DNA of 64,000 nucleotides, from the NCBI GenBank assembly GCA_000708835.1, contig DF236960.1, forward strand, positions 3,235 to 67,234, in the 5' to 3' direction. The notes beneath the pieces are model-generated. The model was not told where the DNA came from. It was given only the letters and a program-made list of their open reading frames with translations, and did no database searches. Both the position numbers and the translations under genes were made by a program. The number at the start of each line of letters is the position of its first letter. The stretch's first letter is position 1. This DNA is from Klebsormidium nitens. Taxonomy: Eukaryota; Plantae; Klebsormidiophyceae. Below, one piece after another: positions 26,901 through 39,166 of the stretch.

Positions 26901-28407
26901 TTATCCCCAGTTTCGTGTGCAAGTTTCCTGCAGATTCCCCGGGAACTGGGCTTGTGCTTTTGAAAGGAGTGTCTGGAAGAATGTTTGGCTGACTCCACGC
27001 ATCCCATAATGTCTTGTTGGCCACCGGAACGTTGCCGCTGCTACACGCATCCACTGTTACAAAAAAAGCGTTGGTCAAATGAAAAAGGGGGCGTCAGGCG
27101 ACCATCTAGCTGAGCCTCCGCTCTCTCAGCCGCTCAAAACGGCACGTCTGATAAATTCGTAACGAGACTAAGTCACCTTTCGAGTAGGTTTGTGTTGCCG
27201 CAGAGCCACTTACGAAGAAGAACGCCTTCTTTAACCCTGCCCATAAGCCCTTGAAGAAGCTTGTTTTGGAGCAACTTCCACAATGCTGTCATTCGACGAA
27301 GTCGCTCATGTTTTCGTCATCTCTTTGCAGTGCCCTCAGTTGGCGCTCGCGCTTGCGAACACCACGGCCCCCTACAACGGGCCCGTGCCTCTCTGTCCGG
27401 TGAGTGGCCGGAACACCAACGGAAACGGAATCCTTGTTCTGCCAGAACGCCAGCTGCCACGGAATCTCTGTCGGGGATCAACTCTTATACAACAGAACTT
27501 GGGCACACTTGAATCCAGCATCAAGTGAGATGGAACCATCTGGATAAGGATCGCCTTCATATACAAATAAATATGACGAACGACTGTCCTTTAAGCGGTC
27601 TCATCTCGCACTGACAACGCCTTTGCCGATCTTACGCTGCAGAATCCAAAGGAGTACCTCTACTGGGACACGACACACATGTCAGGTGAGCCCGCATGTT
27701 CCGAGCGGGAATTATGCTCGTATCTTCGCAATTGATTCGATCAAACCTAAATTTGTCAGGATTGGGAGGTGAAAGCTTTGGGACGTTGTTTCTGCCGTTC
27801 TGGTCCTCTGTTTGATATGTTTACTGGCCATTTAAGCTGGATTCTGCAAGTCAACCTCGATTCTGTCGATCTGCACATCTCTTTCTGACGTGCTTCGATC
27901 AACAAAGAGTAGCCAGTCAACGTTCAGGCTTCAGGCTATAAGACGGAGTAGCCGCTTAAGCCTCTCAAGCGTTTCGTTCCTTCTAAGCAGCAGTCAACTT
28001 CAGAGATATTCCTCACGAAACTTGCAGTACTTTGCTGACTGCTCGAGCCAGCACCGTGGTTGACAAAACCGGTCCCATCCTGTGTCACGTTCTGCTTTGA
28101 CGGACATCTTGATGAAACGTGTGGTGGGCAATATCAAGGTCAACATTAATCACCCGCCATTCTTGAAGTCTTGCCATCATTTGTGCAATGATGGTACTTG
28201 GGAAGCGTCTTGTGCAAATGTAGCTTTTTGGGCGCTTTTGAATTTGCGAGGCATTGCCATCTGGTAGTCTGAAGGTTCTTACTCGTTATCTTTACAGAGT
28301 CGATGACCCGAATCCTAGCTCACGACATCTTTGGAGGGTCCAAGTACGGGAAGCCAAAGAACATGTTGCAGACCTTCATTCTTCCCGACTTGCTAAATCT
28401 CCAGTAA
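20925..28407 (+). CDS. GDSL esterase/lipase-family (SGNH) protein, secreted, with catalytic Ser replaced by Gly; 9 exons
   Basis: join(20925-21270,22823-22971,23707-23943,24911-25008,26110-26258,26752-26798,27331-27399,27643-27685,28298-28407); all phases consistent. Signal peptide MVPKVSIAALILVLVTSLFG; block I FSFGDGGQDVGN; TGRFSDGR; block III GGND; GARKF; GCTP; NPAAFG; ACCG; block V YLYWDTTHMSE. Confidence 0.92.
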
Positions 28408-29758
28408 TCAACACGCTCGGTCTCACATAATCGCCTTACGAAGGCGTGCAACCAAACAAGTGGTGTCGCCGCGTTGACTGATTGGTTGCAAGTCATGCAC
28501 ATAGTGTCAAGCGTAGTGAGTATAACTTGTGTCGGGCGGTAAGAAACATGAGTCAAGCAGAAAGGTTGTCTAAATATTTGAAAGGGGTGAAGGTGGGTGT
28601 TAAGAAAGGCACGCTAGATATCGATCGGTGGTATTATTAGCGAGGTCAGGCAAATCTTCCGTAGTAGAGCGGCCACTTTGCGCGTGCTGCGCCTAATTCC
28701 TCAGCAAGTTGATAGTATACTAACTTAAGACGGTTGCATGTAGTAAGCCTGGTGAACCCTGATGTTGCGTGCGCTTCATGCAAGATCTACATGTTGGAAC
28801 ATGGTCGATTGCATTTCGAAATACATGTTGGGCTTGATCAGTGGGCGGCAAATCTTTGGCAGAGTTCATGCACATGTTCAGTTTACAATATACATCCACC
28901 TCCGATCCCGTATTAGACCGGACATTGGAAGACAATTGGGCACGGCAGATTGAGCTTGCATGACACGCCACATGTGAGAGCACGTTTTGAACATGCTCGG
29001 AGCTGGACGCTAGACCCTGGCATATCTTGTTTATTGCTAAATCTTGCCCGGCTTGTGAGCCGAACTTGAAAATTGCATTCAAGGATCCGTGACGTTGAAG
29101 CCTTTATACAATTTGGCCAGCACTGCCGGCCCTGGCATATTTACCAGTTGGGTGGGAGGTTAGTAATACTAATATAAAACGGCTGAAGAGTCCGACGCTG
29201 GTACCGACGTGGCACCCCGCGCAACGAGAGCTGCCCGGTTCAGCCGTTGCTACCGCGGGGCTGGCCGTCCCGGGCTCGATCCTGGGGCGATTAATCTGTT
29301 GAGCTGCCAAATTACGTAGTAGTAATATGTCTTCGATCCGGCCGGCCGCCGGACCAGCTCACCGGGGCTCTGTACCCGGGGCGCGCCGGGCGGCCTGCTC
29401 GGGCGCAGCAGATCTTGGGATCCGGCAGGTAATGTACCATGTGCCCGCTCGAATATCAGAAGCTCGTGACCTGGCATGTCTTAAGCACGTCGAATCAGGG
29501 ATGGCCGGGTGGCAAAGTGCGGGGAATCTTCTAACTGCCGAACTTCCAGCTGACACCAGCTTTAACCGCCAAAACGCACCGGGTACGTACCCGGGGTCGA
29601 TACCGCTCGTAACCGCCAGCAATTTGGCAGTAGTACGGTACGTACTCGTCGAAACAAAGCTACCTGTGCGCGAGCACGGTGTCAGCCTAAATCCAGGTTC
29701 ACTGCAACTTGACACACCCGCCGAGAGTGCCGTGCCTGATCTTGTATCATACAATGTA

Positions 29759-30024
29759 CCGTAGAGACATTGTCCATTCGCACTAAAATAATCCATTTTC
29801 AGGCGTAGCGAAAAAAATAAAATTATGGAGAGGTGCAGGTGCGAAAATGCGAAACTAAGGAAAAACTTGTTGAGACCCGATTCACTAGCACAACAAGGCA
29901 AAAAACGCCTAGAAACGGCTACTGCGAAAATTTTGTTATTATCGTCGAACCTGGTGCGGAATGAAAAATCTTTCATAAATGATTATTCGCACCAAGGTGG
30001 TGCGAATGGACAATGTCTCTACGG
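29759..30024. mobile_element. Tc1/mariner-type MITE, 266 bp, with 25-bp perfect TIRs and TA target-site duplication
   Basis: CCGTAGAGACATTGTCCATTCGCAC at 29759-29783 and its exact reverse complement at 30000-30024, flanked by TA on both sides (29757-58, 30025-26). AT-rich non-coding interior. Confidence 0.9.
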
Positions 30025-31752
30025 TATGCTCGTGTGTACGCGTGCGACGTGTACTGTGTACACCTAGGTACTCGTGTGTACCGGTACTCAGTTTACTTAT
30101 ACCGTACACGAATTGCATACCGTGCGGCATGCGCACTTTGAATGGAAACCGAGAGTCACGGACGAAGTCAGGAGGGGGTCAATTTTCAAAAGCTTTGGTA
30201 GGGTGAACCTGGGCCATTTTGCTGGCTGTGGCTGCATGGACGGGGAGTCGAACAACGATGGTTGATGCCTGGACACCTGGACAGCTCAAAGGGGACACCG
30301 TTGGTGGTGGTTAGACCGCTCTAATGGCGGCGCGAAGGGATTTGTGATAGGGCGTGCCGAACGGGGGTTTGGCTCTCTGCTTCTCTGTGGCCATATGGTA
30401 TTTGGGAGATGCTTCAAGGCGAGGGACGGTGGCGGTTTCAGGTTGGTGACCCATTGCTCGTTATGTATCTTCTTCTCTCCGGCTTGTCTTTGCATGCCAA
30501 AGTCTGTGTTTGGGTGCTGGTCTTTCTTAGGCATGGGTGTTTGGGTTGCTGGTCATGGGAAGGGGCACCTTTTCCATGGGGCAGGTGCGGAAAGAAAGGG
30601 CCTGGGTGGTCTTCTTGAGCTGTAGCAGACACCAAGGACTAAGGTTCTTTGCAAGTCATTCTGAAAGAAGGGCCGTGAGGGAAAGTGGTACCAACTGCGC
30701 TGCTTGTTGGATGGACTGATGAGCATCAGGGCACCGGTGCTTTGGGAACTGTTGAAGCAGTTGAAAAGCTCCTGTCGGCTCTTCGCAGCTTTCCAGAGCT
30801 GGCCGTTTTTGACTTTGAATGCGTATGCGCGGTAGAATCGCGACTTTCTATTAGCTGCATGCTGCTGTTTGCATTCCGTGTGTTTGCCTTTGGCTGCTTA
30901 ACATTATGCGCTTGTCATTCGACCAAGCGACCGAGTTTTGGCATGGGTCAGAGTTTCCTGATATGGTCACTGTGTCTTGCTGCACTCTCCTGAATGTCCT
31001 TTGCACTTTGAGGATTGATTGGCTCCTCTATTCAATGTTTGGAAGTGTACCGTTCTTCCGGCACCAGGTACAGCTACCGGTTTGAGAAAGCAGTTCTATA
31101 AAATAGTCATATGTAGAAATGATGAGGGTCTTCGTTTGGTTGGTTGGATTGACCTTCTCAGCTAAAAGCGACACTTGGCCTCTGATATCAGCATGGTGTG
31201 TCCGAGGCCAACCAAAGAAACGGGCTGATAATAGCTTATCTGAACCAAGATTAAAGCATGAGGGAGTTGCTCCATTTGATCGTGGAAAACACCGCAAAGA
31301 AGAGGAGGGTGCAAGGTTCTCAGGTGGCACAATTCGAGTGCTCTTTTGATCATTGTTTCAACTGGCAGTTGATGAAAATGCCACAGGCAACCAGCGATTG
31401 AGGCTTGACCAACAGTGGTCTGTGTTTTCTTTTGCAGGACAATACGGGGAGATATTGGCACCCCTTGCTAGATTTCAGGACAACCGCTGTGTCGTACAAG
31501 TGCGCTGTAGTCATTCTGGTATTGAGCTGAGGTCACTGTCTAAGGCGGTTGTTCTGCAGCTGCTAAACACTGGTGCAAACTCTGGTTCAAACCTTGGTTT
31601 CAACCCCTTGACAACCTTACACCGTAGGGCGCCGAATACTGGCGCAGAAACTAAAAGACGGTCAGCCCAGCATTTAAGATTGGTTGAGCAAATTATGATG
31701 AACAGCTGATCAAACTTTAGTTTAACCCAGCGGTCAACCTTGTTAATCAGGG

Positions 31753-34700
31753 ATGCCGCCAGCTCAGATGAACGGCGCCGGGGGTGGCCCTAGCAAGGCT
31801 TATGCATTGGTGTTGAATCGAGTGGGGACGGAAACTTCCAATAGGCGGAAAGCGCGGTCAGATATCAGTGTAGGCAGCCAGGAGGCTATGGTAGGCGCTC
31901 AGGAAGGTGCGATTGGAGCTCAAAGTGGTCGCATAGCAGATGGGCGCGGAGCAATAGGAGCTCGTGACGAAGAGGCGGGCGGGGCAGCTTCGGGGGGGGC
32001 GCCGCGGGCAGAGAATGGCTGGGCGGAAGAAACCCCCAGAGCGTGGCGGAAGGGGGTTTCAAGAATAAGGGGGGGGGCACCAAACGCAGGCGCCTGCGGT
32101 TTGGGTTACAGTGAGGCGGAGAGCCTGAGTGATATTGCCTCCTCTCAGAAAGAGGATCGGGGTGTAGATGCAGCTTCCAGTCAGAAACGGGAGGCAAGAG
32201 CAGAGACGACTTCCAATCGGAATGGAGGAGGGCCTTTAGAAGGCCTCTCCAGTCAGAAAGGGGCGTTGGGGTTAGAGATGACTTCCATTCAAGAGGTGAG
32301 ACGGGGAGTAGAAAGGGGCGGGGGTCAGAAACCAGTTAAAATAGTAGAGAACTTAACCAGTCAGAACCCAGAAAGAGGACCAGATTCCCCGTCTAATCAA
32401 AAAGAGGGGGCCAGTCCAGATATTCGCACAGACGCAAGAACTTCCAGGCTAGCCGACAGTCAAGTCAACCAGCCTAGCCCACTGGTCGAGCTCTCAGACA
32501 GCGCCACCTGTCAGTCTGTTGCTGGTTCCGACTCGGACGAGACCCCCCGGCCGCGGAGCGGGGAGAAAGCCTCAACGTCCGAGCACTCGTTTTCCGGGCC
32601 CGAGAGCATGGACTACGGGCGGCCAACGAGAAGGGGGGGGCGACACAAGCTCCGGTTTCTGGGGGCAGTAAAGCAGCGGATCAAGCGCGCGTTCTCGTTC
32701 TCGCTCCCGCGTGCGGCGGCGCTCGACGAAGTGCTCTGCGGGTTGCAAGAAGCAAACGGGGGGCAGCCGGTCCCCGAGGTCCTGAAAGGGGACATCCGCG
32801 AGCATTATGAGAAGCTGCCGGTCGCGTACGCCGAGGCGATCTTCCCCCCCGACGAGGTTTTGCTCCACATGCGTTTGTTGCACGAGGCTGCGCAGCACCC
32901 CGAAAGCGCGCCCCTCTTACATTTGTCCTCGTTCCAGACCTACTCGGGCTTCCTTTCCCTCCTCTCGTCAAAGAAAGCCAGGAAGCAGTTGAACCGGCGG
33001 GCAGCTTCCATGACTCTCGAGCGGCGGGCGCCGAACCGAAACCTCTCACTTAATGACCTGGTTAGTGCTAACCAATCCCTGGGGGCCGGGGTTTCGTCGG
33101 AGTCGCCTTCGGAGAGCGGCTTCTCTCCGTCAGAGGCGTCGGTAACGTCAACCGAGGAGGACTTTTTGACGGATGACGTCAGCTGCGAGACCGTGATGCA
33201 CTCGGTTGTGTACGCTGACGTCAGCCCGGTCAACGCGGAGGAGCTGACGGGAGTGCTTCGGAAACGGGGGCTGAAAGTGAAGAAAGCGAAGGCTTTCCCG
33301 GTCGCAGGGGGCGCGACGCTCGGGATGCTCCTCCTCAAAGGGGGCGTGGCGCACGATCTCCGTGCGACGATTCGAGGGGGGTTTGCGGAAGCGCGCGAGC
33401 TGTCGAAACCTAAGCTGAAACTGACGATCCCGCACCCCCCAGGGATGGATTCACTAACCCACGTGTTGAAACAAGGGTTTGGGCGCACGGCGAGCACCGG
33501 CCGGTTGGCGGCGGGGGGGAGCGACTCCCCTCGGTGGGACTTTGGAGAGATTGAGCAGTGGATCTCTGAGTCTGGGTTAGAGGGGGGGTCAGTGGAGGAA
33601 GAAACGGAGAAGACGGTCAAGGGGATCGAAAACATGATGTCGGGGAAGGGGCCAATGGGGTGCTGGCTGCTGGACCAGAAGCAGTTACAGGTGCGGAACA
33701 AACTCTTTTCTTAGGCCGGATTTCAGAAAAATTGTGCGGATCTTACTGAATGGATTCTGTCAAGCTTACTGAATGGAGACTGTCAAGTTTTGTGGGTTTC
33801 TGATAATTGGGTGTTCTGGGGAAAGTTGGGAACGGGACAGCTGGAAGCTATTTGTTACTGAGATGTTGTTGCCGATGCACTGAATAGTGTGCATCAAAAA
33901 TTCAAAGAGGTGCGCTTCTGAGCAGAGGCAAACAACCGAGATTACGGGCGGGCGGCAATCAGTGTTTCAACGAGGAAAGGTTCTATTAAATGGTCTTTCC
34001 AACGATCTCACAAAGGGTCGAAACGTCAAGTCTACTTGGGAACAAAGCTGGTGATGTCAGATGTGATAAAGACAAGCTTGTACCCTCCCTTCAACGACAC
34101 TAAACTTCTTAGCTGCACTTGTTTTGCAGATGGGGGAGAAATTCGCGGACGGAGCATCGGGGGAGGTGTACCGGGCCGTGTATAAGGGGGAGGAGGTCGC
34201 GGTGAAGGTGCTCCGGGGGCGCTTCGGCAGCTCGGCCCAGGTAAGACATCCGGTTACTCTGCTGTGAGACCCTCGGATCAATTGTTGCGTGATACCCCCG
34301 CCGTCTTGTTGGTCCGACTCATTTGGTCAAGCCTCGTCGTTGCTTTGCAACGAGGTGCTTCGGAGTCGTTTTCGTGGTCGGATCGTCAAACTGTTACTTG
34401 TCTGCTGTTGACAGCCCTTCTTTGATTCGGACTGGGACAGATTCTCCAGATTATTGAGACCCATTCTGGCCCACTTTTCGCGCTTGAGTTTGTCGTCCCG
34501 CTTTGATATTGCGGGCGTCTTTCGAGGGTATAGACTGCACCTGAGAACATTGCTGGAAGTGGCTCGAGGGGCTCTCCACCTGTTTGGTGCTCAGCCTTCA
34601 CCTGGCAAGAAGTGGCGTCCTCAGCTTGGTTTACCATAAACCTCGCCCTTAACCCATTGTCACCCCATTCATCTCTGCACCCCTTCTTGCTGGTCAAATG

Positions 34701-34825
34701 CCTCCGAGTCAGTTCCAAGCCGTTCCCCAGGGCAAGACCTCGACGAAGTTCCAGCAAGAAGTGGCGGCCGTCAGTCTTGGCCACCGCAAGACCCACCTTC
34801 AATCCGTAATCTTCCTTAATCCCTT

Positions 34826-34866
<41 letters not shown>

Positions 34867-36839
34867 TCTTCTAATCCCTTCTAACTCGTTTGACAACCGA
34901 CTTTCAGGGCAAGACCGCAATGAAGTTCCTTCAGGAGGTGGCGGCCCCATCTTGGGCACTAAATAAATGGCCCTTAGCCCACCTTAACCGTGTCAACTCC
35001 TAGTTCCTAGACCCTTCTTGTTAAGTGAACCCAACTAAACCCAGTTGAAACCCACTTTTCAGGGCAAGACCGCAATGGAGTTCCGGCGAGAAGTGGCGGC
35101 CCTCAGTCCCGGGCACCACAAGCCCCGCCCCTTGACCCACCTTAACCCTCCTCAACCCGTTTTCACTAACCCGTTTTCAAATCCACCTTTCAGGGCAAAA
35201 CCGCAATGGAGTTCCGGCGAGAAGTGGCGGCGCTCAGTCTCGGGCACCACAAGAACCTGCTCCCGTTCTACGGGGTTTGCATGGAGGGCAAACAGCTGTG
35301 CATCGTAACCAAGTTCATGGCCGGCGGAAACCTGGCGGACTATCTGGCGAAGCACGGGCCGCTCCCAATGCCGATGCTGCTGCAAGTGGCGCGCGATGTT
35401 GCGGAGGGGATGCGATGTCTTCACAAAAATGGCGTCATTCACCGGTAAGTTTTGAGTTTAGAGATTCGGGTCTCGTTTCTTCAGAGTTTTTGTGGGGTAT
35501 TGGAGCTTATATTCAGCTAGAGAGCAAACATAGGGTTGTCTGGGGAAGCACGGGCCAGTCCTGATGCCAATGCTGTTGCAAGTGCATGCGACATGGCCAA
35601 GGGGAGGCGCTGCTTCCAGGAATTTTAAAACGGTGCAGATCCTTCTGGACGCCGACGGCACCGCAGAGGTCGCCGACTTCTGCGTTGCGCGGGTCCGCTT
35701 CGAGAAGGACAAACTGCTGATGGTTTACTTTCTCTCTTCCTAAATCGCATCTTAACCCGCTTCGTTACTTCTGCAGGGACCTCAAAACCGCGAACATCCT
35801 TCTAGACGCCGATGGTACAGCGAAGGTCGCCGACTTCGGGGTCGCGCGGTTGCGCTTCGAGAAGGACGAGATGACCAAAGAAGTGGGCACTTACCGCTGG
35901 ATGGCCCCGGAGGCGCTCGGCGCGTTTTCGTCTACGAGCCCTGTTGCGCCAGTCACCCAAAAAAGTGACGTGTACAGGTAAGCCCACCAGAACTCGTCGA
36001 CTTAAAAGCAGGGGAGCTACAGGGACCAGCTAATCGTTCTGGTTTCCAACTTGACTTCCACATTGTCGTGAGAGTTCGAAGGCTGGTCGATGCAAAGATT
36101 TCTGAAGGACGGGAATTTACGAAAGCCTGTTTTAGGTACTCGACCCTGCAGTCAGCAATGAACTGCACATTATTCCGAGGCCCGAATAGGTGGTTCATTT
36201 TGCTTCGGCGATACGTCCATGCAGCTACGCCGTCATCTTCTGGAATGCCCACGAGCGGTCGTACCATCGATAGTCCCCTGCAACCGACACTGTGAAAGCT
36301 CGATACACGATAACCGGTCAGGCTGGAGACGGATCAGATTCTGAACCAGTTTTTGATCCACCTACGACGCATAGTGGATCTTCCGCAGTCAAGCAGTTGT
36401 GCTGTGGGAGTTGGTCACGACGGGCGTTCCTTACCCCAATAACCGTCCCCTGCAACGGACATTTTGACAACCCAAAACCCAAACTGTTCTTCAGGTTCGG
36501 GAACAATCCCAAAATTCTCATTTGTGCAGTTACGCGATTGTGCTCTGGGAGTTGGTCACGGGGGGCGTCCCCTACACCAATTACTCCCCCCTGCAAGCTG
36601 CGGTTGGAGTCGCTTTGAACAACCTGCGGCCGCCAATTCCGGCCAACTGCGATCCCGCGCTCAAAAGCCTGATGCAGCGAGCGTGGGATAAAGACCCCTG
36701 GGTAAGGCCGGAGCTTGCGCAGATAGTGGAGGAACTAGACGCGCTGATACTCAAGCACACGCTTGTGCGGTCGAGGATTGCTCCTCTGGGGGGATCCCCC
36801 AGGAGGGTTCCACTGGGCAGGAGTGGCGGGGGGGGCTGA
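31753..36839 (+). CDS. Raf-like (STY8/17/46-type) Ser/Thr/Tyr protein kinase with ACT-like domain and a long disordered N-terminus; 5 coding exons
   Basis: join(31753-33690,34130-34240,35194-35444,35777-35977,36530-36839). Kinase motifs [57 protein letters not shown]-terminal HYEKLPVAY...[10 protein letters not shown] resembles the STY-kinase pre-ACT region. Confidence 0.92.
34590..35125 (+). repeat. Tandem degenerate copies (3 clear, 1 weak) of the kinase exon-3 acceptor plus first ~60 nt
   Basis: CAG|GGCAAGACC... units starting at 34731, 34908 and 35063, versus the real exon start at 35194. Confidence 0.9.
34826..34861 (+). repeat. (CTA)12 microsatellite in kinase intron 2
   Basis: Read directly from the sequence; followed by (CTT)3. 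Confidence 0.95.
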
Positions 36840-37881
36840 GTTGGATTCTACCCAAGCGCAGAGGGGGTTGTATCAAAGCTAGTAGTATTAGCACGCGCTA
36901 ATAGTGGACAAACGCTTGTGCGGTCGAGGATCGTTTCCCAGGGGGGTCCCCACGGGGGTTCCTTTGGGGGGGGGTTGGTGGGGGGGCTGGAGAGAGTTTC
37001 TGATGGCGGATGTAGCATTAGCATAAGGTAGTTGGAGGAGCCAAAGCGTCGGTACTCTTAAAATGATACGGGTGAGGATTGCTCGGAAGGGGGGTTTCCC
37101 ATGGGGCGTTTTGTTGGGGGGTCGGCAGGGAAAACGGGTTGCCTTCGAGCGTGGGGGTATAGTTAGTAGAGGCGGAACGGTAGGGAAGATTAAAAAGTGT
37201 AATATCCTCTGACCAAAAGAACCAACGGCGGACGACCCAACGGTTAGCCAGCAGGTTTTGCTTCGCACTGATTTATGAAAGGGGGGCAGGAACGAAAACG
37301 GGGACAGGAGCATTAACAAGAACGGGAAGGTATAGGCAGATAGGAGAAGAAGACTTGGATACTGAGATGCTCGGAGGTAACTAACGCCGTAAGACGCAAC
37401 GCCGTCTGGACGCTAACAGCTTGCAAAAGAAAATGGAACGTAAGTTAGCGCCGCGGTAAAGGGTTTCTAGTCAAGGTCTCTGAGGTCGGTTCGTTCGAGC
37501 TGCGAGATGATGAGGTAAAACGGTCTGGGGACTAATTGTAGAACCGGGATAAAGCACATACGCGATGACCTTGGGTCCGTTTGTGTACGGAAAGCTGAAA
37601 GAGGACAAACCATACGTACTAGAGCCAACGGTATAAACGCTTTGGCCATATCCTTAGAAACATAGGGTGGGCAGGCTTAAAAGTCAGAAGGTGACATCAT
37701 ACTTCCAGACTGACGTTGCTACCGTACATTGTGTTTGATAACGGTATTCTGCTCCAATCGGAAGCTTACATCCAGGACGGGCTGGCTAAAACGATCCGTT
37801 AAGTGATTAGTTCGATTTCTTGCCGTATTCCGAAGAAGTGTTGAACTTGAGTGGAAAAGCCTACACTGATGGGCGATCCGC

Positions 37882-38587
37882 GGGCGGCCGCTCTTGATTA
37901 GATTCAAGACGATCGATCATGTTGTTTCACCTTCGACGGCGCATCATACACACGCCGGGTTATCTACCGGCACTTGATCGATCGCACCGTACCGTGTATA
38001 CCCAATCGATCAGCCGCTCACGTACAACCAGCTCCGGCAATCAGTAGATTGTGCATGCTAATGATGCCATGACTGAGCTACACTCGAAAGAGTTGCAGGC
38101 TCATGCCGGTCAGTACTCTGCCAGGCATATCCAATGCAATCAAGCCGATATCACTATTTTTGAACCATCAATTCGATCATGCATCCGGTCACTACAAAGC
38201 ATTATTTGTTCTGGACGTCGCGCGCTCATGTCTGATTGCGTCAGAAGCGGCTGCATGCAGCATGCATATATAGCCTATACAGTAATGTTGTCAACATCAC
38301 TATGCCCACATGTCAAAACATCATCGTATGACTGGAGTCTAGCTTCTGGTCAGGAGGCGGGCTGCCATGGCAGTGCATCAATCACGCACTGCAGTGGCGC
38401 CTGCATGCTGCATGGCATTTCATACTATAAGGCCTGGCCTCCCTGCAATTTGCAATGATCGACGTCGTTCGTGATTACCGTCGGACTGTAACATTGGATG
38501 CCAGCCTGCTAGCTTAATGCGGTCGCTCATCCACTGAGTGGGCCAAAATTGTCAACTGTGTTGACCGCGGTCCTTGAGCGGCCGCCC
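37882..38587. mobile_element. Possible non-autonomous DNA transposon, about 0.7 kb, with 12-bp GC-rich TIR
   Basis: GGGCGGCCGCTC at 37882-37893 and GAGCGGCCGCCC at 38576-38587. The interior (38050-38460) is rich in TGCA/CATG, as expected after CpG deamination. No clear target-site duplication. Confidence 0.4.
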
Positions 38588-39166
38588 CGGCGCGGTTCTG
38601 AAAACGGTTAAACATTGCGTTCACCAACAGCTTGCGCGATCGAAAAGGAGCGGGACAAGATTCCGATTGTTCAGTGGCAGTTTGCGGAAAAGAGAAAAGG
38701 CTATCAACCATTGTTTTTTTTCATTTGCAGAGGTTTGACGTCGATCAATCATGAGCCAAGGCACTCAGGCTGCTCGTTACATGTTACAGGCTTTTGTGCA
38801 GACCTCGAAGATAAGGCAAAATGTCCGTTAGAGTCAAGGCTTCGATTTACCGGTCGTTCCGTCAAGTCTGTGTGTATCGTTTCGACGCTTCAACCTGGTT
38901 GACACGTTCTAAAGCTGGTAACTGCGAATTCACTCAGGCTTTATTCTCCAAATATGCACAGGAAGCTTACATCTTCTTCTAACGGCTAGGATGCTTAGCC
39001 TCGCGACTCGTCGTGACTTTGTCGCATGAATGCAAGGCTTGCGGGCTTTGACTCCACCAATCCTTTCGCTCACCCAGTCATTCGCGTTTTCACAAGCTAT
39101 TCTTGTTTCCCGTCAACCACGAAGCACCCCCCCTTCTTCACTCCTGATCTGGGATTCCGTTAACTT

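Noticed and set aside
26818-27078. Minus-strand ORF containing VTVDACSSG, similar to the GDSL ACCG block
   Set aside because: Wrong strand; the real block is the + strand exon 26752-26798.
29200-29290. Possible tRNA/SINE-like A and B boxes (GCTCGATCC) after a TATA-like stretch
   Set aside because: The B box is imperfect and I could not fold a cloverleaf.
32572-33701. Long antisense and alternative-frame ORFs over the kinase, RING and GMC exons (also 50054-50707, 7242-7658)
   Set aside because: Shadow ORFs expected from GC3-rich coding sequence.
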